NCBI GenBank assembly: GCA_963706955.1
Contig: CAVPOC010000005.1
Location: 96,001 to 160,000 of the forward strand
Source of the DNA: an uncultured Verrucomicrobiae bacterium
GTDB lineage: Bacteria; Verrucomicrobiota; Verrucomicrobiia; Chthoniobacterales; Terrimicrobiaceae
DNA: 64,000 nt
Direction: 5' to 3'
Positions 30,404 through 39,467 of the stretch are shown one piece after another. A program made the translations under genes and the position numbers. Under the pieces are notes generated by a model. It was not told where the DNA came from. It ran no database searches and saw only the letters and a program-made list of their open reading frames with translations. Position 1 is the first letter of the stretch; each line of letters begins with the position of its first letter.

Positions 30404-31597
30404 TCACGGTTGAAGATTCTCCCGCAGCTGGCGGATCGGCTCAAAGGCATGCTCGATCAAAGTGCGACTGCCGACGGTGACACGCGCCTCACCCTGCATG
30501 CCAACTCGCAAAGGGCGCTCTTCGCTTTTCACGCGAATGAAGGGCCGATCGAGCGACGCCGCGGCGGTGAACTGTCGGCTGCGCTCGGAGGCAACAGCCG
30601 CGGCGCTGATCCATTTTAGCTCGCCTGTCACCGTGCCGTAACGCTGATACGGAAATGCATCGAAGAACAATCTGACATGCTGCCCGATGGTCAGCCGCGC
30701 GAGGCCAGATTCACGAACGACCAAGCGGGCGTATGGGATGGCATCGATCGGGGCAAGTTGGCAAAGTTCCGCCCCCGCTGGCACGACGCTGCCCGCGTTT
30801 CGCTGGGCAAGCGAGATGACCACCGCATCATAGGGTGCGCGGATCGACAGGAGGTCGTTGCGCGTGCCAAGGAGATCGCGTTGCAGAGCATCGATCTGCA
30901 ACTTGAGTTTCTGCACATCCGCGATCTCCTCAGTTCGACGACGCGCCCGCTCGGTATCGAGCTTGCTGCGTTCGAGTTTCAGTGCCTCCAAGGATCTTCC
31001 GGCCACATGGAAATCTTTCTCGGATTCAGCGAGGTCCAACTGCACGCGTGTCAATTCGAGGTGCGAGACGCCGCCCATCCGCGCGAGTCTGTCGAGCCGC
31101 TCCACCAAGTCGCGACTCGTTGCGGTATGTGTCCCGCGAAACTCCAGCTCGCGTTCGAACTGAGCGATCTCCTCGCTTTTGATTCTTCGCTGGGCGATAT
31201 GGGCCGCCTCCATTTTGACGATCGTGTCCTCTTGGGTTCGGAGGTCCTGTGTCAACGTCTGAAGCTGCGTATGTTTCGCGCGAACCTCATCGGAGCGGAG
31301 GACGAAGAGTTCCGCGCCGGCGGCGACCTCTTGCGCCTCGACAACGCGAACGTCGCTGACGACACCGTGATAGGGCGCTTGGATCGGATCGGCACCATGT
31401 CTTGGCGCGAGCACAAATTGACAGCGCACCGTCTCCGGAACCTGAACGACAAGGGCCGCGATGAGCGCAACAACGAAGATTAGTGCCAATAGCCACGCCG
31501 TGCCCGAGACGATCAAAGGCGGTGGCTCGACCGGAAGCATTTCAGCCTGCTCATCTGACTCGCGTTTGCTCTGCGGGAGGGTCGAATTCATGAGCAA
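30404..31597 (-). CDS. HlyD family membrane fusion protein
   Basis: N-terminal TM, coiled coil, IRAPYDAVV, FDAFPYQRYG and LRVGM. Confidence 0.92.
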   Translation of the reverse strand: MLMNSTLPQSKRESDEQAEMLPVEPPPLIVSGTAWLLALIFVVALIAALVVQVPETVRCQFVLAPRHGADPIQAPYHGVVSDVRVVEAQEVAAGAELFVLRSDEVRAKHTQLQTLTQDLRTQEDTIVKMEAAHIAQRRIKSEEIAQFERELEFRGTHTATSRDLVERLDRLARMGGVSHLELTRVQLDLAESEKDFHVAGRSLEALKLERSKLDTERARRRTEEIADVQKLKLQIDALQRDLLGTRNDLLSIRAPYDAVVISLAQRNAGSVVPAGAELCQLAPIDAIPYARLVVRESGLARLTIGQHVRLFFDAFPYQRYGTVTGELKWISAAAVASERSRQFTAAASLDRPFIRVKSEERPLRVGMQGEARVTVGSRTLIEHAFEPIRQLRENLQP

Positions 31598-31600
31598 AAT

Positions 31601-34600
31601 TCAGATACCCAACTGTTGGCTGGAGAGATGGAAATAGAGACCGCGCCTTGCCATGAGCCCATCGTGTGTGCCGGTCTCGACAATTTCGCCTTTCTCCAAG
31701 ACGACGATCATATCGGCCTCGCGAATGGTGCTCAGGCGATGGGCGATGACAATGCAGGTCCGCCCAACCATCATGCGACTGAGATTGTCCTGGATCGCGC
31801 GTTCGGATTCGGTATCAAGCGCGCTGGTCGCCTCGTCGAAAATGAGAATTGGTGGGTCTGTATAGAGTGCGCGCGCGATGGCGACGCGTTGTTTCTGTCC
31901 GCCGGATAGGGCGATGCCAGTCTCACCGATGCTCGTCTCGTAGCCCATGGGCATCCGCATGATGAAGTCGTGAGCATTGGCGACCTGGGCACACCAAAGG
32001 ACGCGGTCGAAGTCCGGCTCGGGGTCGCCGAAGGCGATGTTGCGGGAGATGCTTTCACTAAAAATATGATTATCCTGGAGAACGATTCCGATTTGCCGGC
32101 GCACATCACGAAAGTTGAGCTCCTTGAGGTCCCGCCGGTCGAAGAGGATCGTCCCTGTGGTGGGCTCGATTAAACTAGCGAGCAGCTTTACGAGCGTAGT
32201 CTTCCCGCTGCCACTCCGGCCGACGATCGCGACGATCTTGCCGGGAACAAACTCGATGCTAATGCCTTTTAAGATGTCAGGCGCCTCGGGGCCGCCATAT
32301 TTAAAGCCAACGCCGCGCAATTCGATATGTCCTTCCAAAGAATGCACAGGGATGAGGCGCGCGCGATCGCTCCCCTGCTCCGGCTCCGGCTCGAAGATGT
32401 CGTTAAGACGATCGAGAAGCACAGCGATCCATTGCCACTGATCCCAGATGCCAAGTGTCCGTAAAATGGCCGCATACGCCATCGCGGTCAGCGAACTGAA
32501 GGCCACAAATGCGCCCACTGTAAGTTGTCCCTCCATGACCTTACTGGCGCCCACCCACAGGAAAAGCGCCGTTGAGAGCAATCCAATTGTTTGAATCACT
32601 CCGTCATAGGACATGAGAATGAAGTTCGAACGAAACATCTTTCGCAAGACGCTTAGATATTCGTTGAGCATCGAATTGCGAAAGCTGAGCTCGGCGGCGG
32701 ACGCCTTGACGGCTTCAATTCCTTTGATGGCGTCAATTTGTTGCGAGGCGTACTTTCCCTGACTCTCCTCAATGTCAAAGAAGAGCGGGCGCAGCACTTT
32801 GGCCGACCAGATCATCAGGAGCGTGTAAAGAGGCATCGTGATCATGAAGACGCCGGCTAGAGCCGGGCTGTAGACCAGCATCATGCCAAGCGCGCCAGCA
32901 AGCGTGATGATGGAGAAAAGACCGCCAATGCCATGCTCGACTGCGAAAAGTCTTATTTCCCGTGCGCCATTGAGGCGACGTTGGATGTCGCCGGTCCGTC
33001 GACTGTGAAAATATGACATCGGCAGGGAAAGCAGCTGACGAGTGAGAAAGTCGAGTAGAGTCGCGTCTATCCGGACCGCCGCGAAGCTGAGGAAATATTG
33101 CTGGAGAAGGTTGGCAAGCTGGGTGAAGACGATGGCTGCTCCCATCCCGATCAAAACCACATGGAGGAGATCGGCGTTGTTTTCGACGACCACCCGATCC
33201 AAGACAATCTGCGTGAAGACTGGGAAGAGAAGCTGCAAAAAGGTGACGATGCCCGCGAGGATTAGCGCCTGCAGGAGGATCATTCGGTGCTGCCGGAACA
33301 GGGGTGCGAAACGTCTTACGGTTGATTGTGCTTCCGGAGCCTGTGCGAATGCCTCGGTATAGTCGAACAGGGCGGTGTAACCCGACCACTTGGCGGCGAA
33401 TTCCGAGCGAGAGATGCGCCGAAGACCCGCCGCAGGATCAGCCACTCTCACATACGAAGGCGTCACATCGTAGAGGACCATCCAGTGGTTCCCTTCCCAA
33501 TGGACGATCGCCGGCATCGGAAGGTTCGGAAGATTCCGTGGGGAAACCTTGAGCATGCGGGCGGCAAGCCCCAGTTCGCCGGCTGCATGGCAGATTGCCT
33601 TCAGGCTGGTGCCGTCCCGTGACGTGTGGCAAAGCTCGCGGATACGCGAAAGACTTACCTTGCGACCGAAGTGCCGGCAAATCATTGCCAGGCTGGCTGC
33701 ACCACAGTCCATCTCGTCGATCTGCTGCACATGCGGTATGCGGCGGATGCGTCTCTTGTCGCGGGGACGGAACAGGCCTTCCCTGTCGTCTGAGGGCTCC
33801 GGCTGCTCCTCATCCAACGCAACCTTGTCCTGCACCCGCGTCTCAGCCGGAAGCAGCTCTTCCGCAAAATCAAGCGGAACACGCGCAACGACATCGGCTT
33901 GATACTGCGCAAGACGTTCCTCAAGTAATTTGCGAAACTCGGGAAACTGTTCTTTCATCTCGCGCACACTTTCGGGCTGCAGCGCGAGCAGGCGGCAATC
34001 CGCGACTGCTTCGACCGAGGCGGCACGTTGTGACCCATTCAAAATGGAGAGCTCACCGAAAAAGTCGCCGTCTCTGTAAAAAGCCACATTCTTCTGACGG
34101 CCGTTCGATTGCGTGAAAATTCGAACTCGCCCCGACTCGATGACGAAGAGAGGTCCGGCAGGATCGCCCTCACGAAGGATGGTCGCGCCGCGCGCATAAG
34201 CGACCGGCGTCATCTTCTCGACCAGTGTCCTGAGAGCGCGTTCTGGAAGTCGCCCGAAGTTGCTAAACTCATGCAGAAAGCCATGCAAAGTGCGATGCCG
34301 CGAGGTCAGCTCGACCGCGGTCTTCAAGTCGGGATGCTCAGTCAACAATGAGAGAAAGTCGGCCCGGTTGAGCCGGAGAGCGTCCACCGCAGTACTGCAC
34401 CGGACAGTGGCATTTCGGCAACCGCCCGCGATGAGGGCCTGTTCGCCAAACTGGTCGCCCGGGCGAAGAACGGCCAAGGCAACCTCTTGACCCTCCTTGA
34501 TCTCCTTGACGACGCGAGCCCGGCCGTTGACGAGGATGTAACAGGCATCCGCTTCGTCTCCTTCTCTGACGATCACGTCGCCGAATTCGAAATGCTCCTC

Positions 34601-34693
34601 CTGGAGCACGGCACGCAGGCAGTCAGCCCGATCTTCCGGCAGAAAGCGGAAAAAAGACGAGCGATCCAAGACTTCGTTTTGGTGTTGCGTCAT
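31601..34693 (-). CDS. Peptidase-containing ABC transporter: 2x cNMP-binding + C39 peptidase + TMD + NBD
   Basis: FGEQAL..RNATVR and FFGELSI..RAASV (cNMP); QQIDEMDCGAASL and HWEGNHW (C39); GRSGSGKT, LSGGQKQR and DEATSALD. Start ATG 34693 overlaps the upstream stop. Confidence 0.95.
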   Translation of the reverse strand: MTQHQNEVLDRSSFFRFLPEDRADCLRAVLQEEHFEFGDVIVREGDEADACYILVNGRARVVKEIKEGQEVALAVLRPGDQFGEQALIAGGCRNATVRCSTAVDALRLNRADFLSLLTEHPDLKTAVELTSRHRTLHGFLHEFSNFGRLPERALRTLVEKMTPVAYARGATILREGDPAGPLFVIESGRVRIFTQSNGRQKNVAFYRDGDFFGELSILNGSQRAASVEAVADCRLLALQPESVREMKEQFPEFRKLLEERLAQYQADVVARVPLDFAEELLPAETRVQDKVALDEEQPEPSDDREGLFRPRDKRRIRRIPHVQQIDEMDCGAASLAMICRHFGRKVSLSRIRELCHTSRDGTSLKAICHAAGELGLAARMLKVSPRNLPNLPMPAIVHWEGNHWMVLYDVTPSYVRVADPAAGLRRISRSEFAAKWSGYTALFDYTEAFAQAPEAQSTVRRFAPLFRQHRMILLQALILAGIVTFLQLLFPVFTQIVLDRVVVENNADLLHVVLIGMGAAIVFTQLANLLQQYFLSFAAVRIDATLLDFLTRQLLSLPMSYFHSRRTGDIQRRLNGAREIRLFAVEHGIGGLFSIITLAGALGMMLVYSPALAGVFMITMPLYTLLMIWSAKVLRPLFFDIEESQGKYASQQIDAIKGIEAVKASAAELSFRNSMLNEYLSVLRKMFRSNFILMSYDGVIQTIGLLSTALFLWVGASKVMEGQLTVGAFVAFSSLTAMAYAAILRTLGIWDQWQWIAVLLDRLNDIFEPEPEQGSDRARLIPVHSLEGHIELRGVGFKYGGPEAPDILKGISIEFVPGKIVAIVGRSGSGKTTLVKLLASLIEPTTGTILFDRRDLKELNFRDVRRQIGIVLQDNHIFSESISRNIAFGDPEPDFDRVLWCAQVANAHDFIMRMPMGYETSIGETGIALSGGQKQRVAIARALYTDPPILIFDEATSALDTESERAIQDNLSRMMVGRTCIVIAHRLSTIREADMIVVLEKGEIVETGTHDGLMARRGLYFHLSSQQLGI

Positions 34694-35763
34694 GGGGCGC
34701 CAATCGGCGGCAAAATCCATCGCACGAAACGCCCGGCCAGTTCGGAAAAATAGCGCTCCACGATCTTCGCTTCCACACGATGCCGCACTTCATCATCGGT
34801 CAGATCGAAGTCTGTCTTCCCCAGCAATCGGCAAAGCTCGAAGTGCCCTTCGTGTTCGATCGGATCGAGGATTTCTCCGGGCCTGGCGCTGAGAAGCCTC
34901 GGCTGTAGATCTTCCGGCAGGTCCTCGTAGAAGACACGGCTGCGCCGATAAGGATAGCCTGCACCAGAGGCGACCTCTTCCATCGGCTCGCCGTCTGCGC
35001 TCACGCATTCGAAGACCTCACATGCCGCATCGCGCGAGTCGACTTCAATGAGCTCCAGATCGAATCTCATCAAAGGCATTCTCAAGGTGTGCAGCACCCG
35101 CTCGCGCGAGCCAACACTAAGGATCTCCTCGCGCTGGCCTCGGAAGAGGGCTTCCAGTTCCAACATTTCGTTGAACCAAACAACCTCCCGCCCAAGCCCG
35201 AGCAGCCACCTGTCGAGCCCGTCGCCGCCCAGTCCACTGCGTTCCAAGAATCGCGCGCGTTCGCTTTCGATCGCCTTTGCGGTCGGCGCATGGCCCACCC
35301 CCTCGCGTGCCGCGATGCGCCACGCTAACGCAGTTGCGAGGCGATCAAAGTCCCCGGTAAACAGCAGGTCGATCTGCAGTAAATGACGCAGATCCGCCGG
35401 CGCGAACGCATACTCTTCCACTTGCCGGTCTGGGCTGGCGGGAGCCGAAGCAGATACCTGCTCTCGGATGAGGAAATCGCTGAAGTCGTCGAGACTCAGG
35501 CCACGTTCGTCCAGCCATCGCTCGGTTTCCTCAGCACTGATCAGATCACGGTTGATGCGGAACTCCTCTGAGCGGGCCTGCAGGTCCGCTTCGTCCGTTT
35601 CACGACCGCTCGCCCCGCTTTTCACATAGTCGCACACGCGCTTCCAACTCTTTTCGAGGTCACCCCGGAAATGAGCCGCGCAAATGACGTCGTCCATGGT
35701 AATCGTCTTGTTTCCAACATGAAATACCCCAAGATCTCGAACGCCCAACTCTGTGCTAATCAT
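34690..35763 (-). CDS. PpiC/SurA-like foldase-type protein (putative peptide maturation protein)
   Basis: Acidic helical N-terminal part (FRINRDLISAEETERWLDERGLSLDDF) and a rotamase-like C-terminal part (EDLPEDLQPRLLSARPGEILDP). Translationally coupled to the transporter. Confidence 0.6.
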   Translation of the reverse strand: MISTELGVRDLGVFHVGNKTITMDDVICAAHFRGDLEKSWKRVCDYVKSGASGRETDEADLQARSEEFRINRDLISAEETERWLDERGLSLDDFSDFLIREQVSASAPASPDRQVEEYAFAPADLRHLLQIDLLFTGDFDRLATALAWRIAAREGVGHAPTAKAIESERARFLERSGLGGDGLDRWLLGLGREVVWFNEMLELEALFRGQREEILSVGSRERVLHTLRMPLMRFDLELIEVDSRDAACEVFECVSADGEPMEEVASGAGYPYRRSRVFYEDLPEDLQPRLLSARPGEILDPIEHEGHFELCRLLGKTDFDLTDDEVRHRVEAKIVERYFSELAGRFVRWILPPIGAP

Positions 35764-36053
35764 TGGGATCCAGGGATGAAGATCGAGACGTCTGTCCTAC
35801 GCATCGACGTGTTTTTGCAGATCGCACACGTTTTGACGCCAGGCTTAAAATGCCCCGCAGAGCGCCGCAAGCGACCATAGCTAAGTATCTCATAGCATTC
35901 AAATGGCCTGCTCTGCAAGTATCTAACGGGCTCAAAGTCCTAGTGATTGGTCAAAATGTGATGTTGAAAGGGTCCCGACGAGCTCGTAACCAACTCTCAA
36001 CTTTCAGCTGCGTTGCATGGCGGGGACAGCCTTCCGGACGTAGTCTAGCCCTC

Positions 36054-36875
36054 ATGCAAGCACACGACGACGACCTGAAGATATTCGAAGCGGAGGGCGC
36101 TGCGCCTTTGCCTCCGGCGACCGCTCAGGACTACATGGAGCACGACGGCGCTCGAATCTGGTACGCGAGCTACGGGCTCGGGCTCCCTGTAATCCTGCTG
36201 CATGGCGGTCTCGGGCACAGTGGTAACTGGGGTTACCAGGTCCCGGCGGTGATCGCCTCGGGCTATCGCGCCGTGCTTATCGACAGCCGAGGCCATGGCC
36301 GCAGCACGCGCGATTCACGGCCCTATACCTACGAGTTGCTGGCCTCCGACGTGATCGCGGTCATGGATGTATTGCATCTTGAGAGAGCGGCCGTTGTCGG
36401 CTGGAGCGATGGCGCTTGCACCGCTTTGATTCTCGCGACAAAGGTTCCGGCCCGCCTTGCCGGGATATTCTTCTTTGCTTGCAATATGGATCCGAGCGGG
36501 CTCAAGGAGATCGCCCAGCCCAATCCGCTCCTCGACCGTTGTTTCCGGCGGCACGCCAAAGACTATGCCGCGCTATCCGCCACCCCGGACGAATTCAAAG
36601 CATTTACCGAGGCGGTCGGTCGGATGCAGAAGACGCAGCCCGATTACTCTGCGCGGCAGCTGGCTGCTATCACCGTGCCAGTCGCCATCGTCCTGGGCGA
36701 GCACGACGAATTTATCAAACTCGAACATGCCGAATATCTCGCGCGAAATATTCCCGGGGCGGAACTGCTCATCCTTCCCGACGTCAGCCATTTCGCACCT
36801 CTGCAAAGACCCGAACACTTCAATCGCGAGATGCTCGCTTTCATTGCTAAGGCTTGGGGGACCGCTGACGGTTGA
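36054..36875 (+). CDS. Alpha/beta fold hydrolase
   Basis: LHGGLG, DSRGHGRS, GWSDG nucleophile and SHFAP. Confidence 0.9.
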   Translation: MQAHDDDLKIFEAEGAAPLPPATAQDYMEHDGARIWYASYGLGLPVILLHGGLGHSGNWGYQVPAVIASGYRAVLIDSRGHGRSTRDSRPYTYELLASDVIAVMDVLHLERAAVVGWSDGACTALILATKVPARLAGIFFFACNMDPSGLKEIAQPNPLLDRCFRRHAKDYAALSATPDEFKAFTEAVGRMQKTQPDYSARQLAAITVPVAIVLGEHDEFIKLEHAEYLARNIPGAELLILPDVSHFAPLQRPEHFNREMLAFIAKAWGTADG

Positions 36876-36940
36876 AGGTCAGAGCATCTCGGCGACGAAG
36901 TTACGCCGTATTGCCCGATGAATAAGCCTTCCGCCTCTTA

Positions 36941-38020
36941 TCAGAGTTCCGAATTGGCGACGATGAAGTCGAACACCTCGCGCGTGATTCTTCTGCCGAA
37001 ATTCGGCCGCGAGTCGTCGCCGAGCGCACCCGCAGCTCCGCGTAGCACGCCCACGACATACGGCCAATCATCGGTGTCATAGACATAGAGTCCGGATCCA
37101 CTGTCGCCGAACCAAGCATCCATAAAGAAGTTGATATAGTCGCCGTTGCGGATGCCATTGCCCTCGTTTCCCCAAATCTGTGGTTGTCGTTTGTCGCTCG
37201 GATGACCGTAGACGAACATCGTGTTGCCAGTAATTACGGAGTCCGGGGCTTCCCAGAGCCCCTTCCAGCCGCTGGCTCGGCCCGGAAAATCGCCACAGCC
37301 CGCAAATTCCACGACCGCGTAGTCGAAGCGCGCGTCGCCGCCGCTTTGATTGATGAATGCCGTTGGAATCGAGACGGTATAACAGCCAAACTGACCAAAC
37401 GGAAACCTGGTCGCGTCTTGGAAGTCGGAGCCTGGAGCAAACCACGGTAGCTCCAGCCAGTTGGTCCCATTGTGGACAACGTGCGCGGCAGTGAGAGCGG
37501 TCGATGCACCAATCATCGTGCCAGAGCCCGAGTATCCGCCGCCGTCGCGTGGCAGATAGGTGACAGTACTCCAAGGATAGGATGTATTGTCCCTTCGGAC
37601 GACGCGATTGTCGGCGCCAATGATCCCTGACCGGGGGCGCAGCATCCTGGCCTCCAGTCGCTCTCCCTCCGATCTGCCTAATGGCGAAAAGGACTGAGTT
37701 CGGCGATACGGGTCGGCCTTGCGAAGGCGGGCGACGGCCCCTGAGGATGCTTCGCCTACATACTCGTAGCCTCCTCTCAAGACGACTGGACGGAGAGCCT
37801 CGGCAAGTTGCTCATCGCTCATATCCAGAGCAGGTGCCAACTCCTCTCCGCTCGGTGGGATGATGCGTGGATAAACAGAACTCCGAACGAACTGCGCCTT
37901 ACCGCGGAGGGTTAATGTTTGTCCTTTCGGGCCCTCGAAGGTTTTGGGCGCGTAATCGATAGACTTTGCCATATAATTCCTATTTTGGATGTCTTGCGCC
38001 TTTCGCGTGGCGCCTAACAA
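36941..38020 (-). CDS. Trypsin-like (V8/glutamyl endopeptidase-like) serine protease
   Basis: IIGADNR mature start, LTAAHVV, DYAV and GDSGSG. Confidence 0.85.
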   Translation of the reverse strand: MLGATRKAQDIQNRNYMAKSIDYAPKTFEGPKGQTLTLRGKAQFVRSSVYPRIIPPSGEELAPALDMSDEQLAEALRPVVLRGGYEYVGEASSGAVARLRKADPYRRTQSFSPLGRSEGERLEARMLRPRSGIIGADNRVVRRDNTSYPWSTVTYLPRDGGGYSGSGTMIGASTALTAAHVVHNGTNWLELPWFAPGSDFQDATRFPFGQFGCYTVSIPTAFINQSGGDARFDYAVVEFAGCGDFPGRASGWKGLWEAPDSVITGNTMFVYGHPSDKRQPQIWGNEGNGIRNGDYINFFMDAWFGDSGSGLYVYDTDDWPYVVGVLRGAAGALGDDSRPNFGRRITREVFDFIVANSEL

Positions 38021-38583
38021 TGAATTGATTGCTTATTAATGCGAAACGCGGCGAAACATAAATTGGCCAGCCAGAACTTTTGTCCTTTTCTGAAACAAAT
38101 GGTCCCCTAAGGCCTTCATGCTTCCCTGTCTAATTACAACGACATTCAAAGACGCGAGTTTCAAAGTCCGGAGAATTGCTACGAAGGTCGAAGCGCCACG
38201 AACGGTTGCAACGGCAAACACGGTAGCAGCGGTGTTCTCACCGCCGATACGCCGCGACGGCGTTGAGGACATCGCCGTTACAAAGAACGCCGACTGCTCA
38301 TCAACAATCAACCATCAACTAGCTCCAGAGCACCATCGGCGCGGCTTTGGGGAGCATACCCGTCTCGGGCCGTCTCAGGTGTGGTGCCGGGCGTCCCGCC
38401 CGGCACAGGAGCGTTTCGCGCGTCTCTGGTCAATCATCTCCCCTTGGCCGCCGTAGCTTCAGCGAAGGAGACTGGACGCCGAAGCCCTCCAGACGAAGGA
38501 GGCTCAATTGACTCACAGAACTCGCGAAAGAGAGCACTGTCTTTTGGCAAAGTAAACCGCGTCCCATCTTTGCTTCACGCAAG

Positions 38584-39000
38584 TTAAAAATCAGGACGGT
38601 TGGGAGAAAGAATTCGGATCTTCGGAAAATAGTCGCGCAGGTACCCTCGGTCGTCCGTTGCCAGCAAATCAGCTTGGGTGGCAGCATGTGCACCAACAAG
38701 GAAATCCGGCAGAATCGTTGTCCGTGGCCCGCCCTCCTTCCGGTAATTCCGGAAGATGCGTCCAGCCAGGTTGGCCGCCTCTTCGCTCAGCGCGCTGTGT
38801 CGTAGATCAAGGTCACTAAGGGCGGTCCGGCAGGCGCCGTCTGATGGGAAGAACGACCGGATCTCCGCAAGCACCACCGAGGAAACCAGCAGAGAGGCAG
38901 CTTCCGCGGCGGTTTGCAGACATTCGAGCCAGCGCTCTCCTGTCGGTTCACCCTTGAAGATCGCCAGCAGGACGGAAGTATCAACCGCGATGACGCTCAC
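38584..39000 (-). CDS. PIN-domain toxin (VapC-like)
   Basis: VDTSVL, VLAE, PDFLVGAHA and LATDD. Confidence 0.88.
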   Translation of the reverse strand: MSVIAVDTSVLLAIFKGEPTGERWLECLQTAAEAASLLVSSVVLAEIRSFFPSDGACRTALSDLDLRHSALSEEAANLAGRIFRNYRKEGGPRTTILPDFLVGAHAATQADLLATDDRGYLRDYFPKIRILSPNRPDF

Positions 39001-39263
39001 CGGCGGTTTCTTTTCCGCCGGCCTTTGGGCAACTCGACCGGGCCGCGCAGTTCCTCCAGAAGATCAGTCACGCTGCGACCTTCAAGCTCCGTCTTAAGGC
39101 AACCGAGCACCCTCCTTTGCTTCCGACGATCAACCACCTTGCGCAGCCTGATTCCATCCTCTCTGGCGGCAAAGTCAATCTGTGCCCCAGGTTCAATACC
39201 GAACCGGTCTCGCAACTCCTTGGGAATGGTAACCTGACCTTTCGAGGTGACCTGCGCTTTCAT
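38997..39263 (-). CDS. AbrB/MazE family antitoxin
   Basis: VTSKGQVTIPKELRDRFGI. Overlaps the PIN gene. Confidence 0.9.
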   Translation of the reverse strand: MKAQVTSKGQVTIPKELRDRFGIEPGAQIDFAAREDGIRLRKVVDRRKQRRVLGCLKTELEGRSVTDLLEELRGPVELPKGRRKRNRR

Positions 39264-39467
39264 AACAAGAATGTAAGAATCGTCGGTTAGAATGACAAGT
39301 AATACCTTGATCGGCCGAAAGACGTTTCGATCGGCACCTGACCGCGCATCAGGTCAACCGTGGTAGCCCACCGAAGAAGTCACTTGAAATAACATCCAGG
39401 CCCGTCCTGCGCGCTCGCAAGATGAACCACAAATACTGGCCGCCGATCCGCTGAATGTCATATGTCA

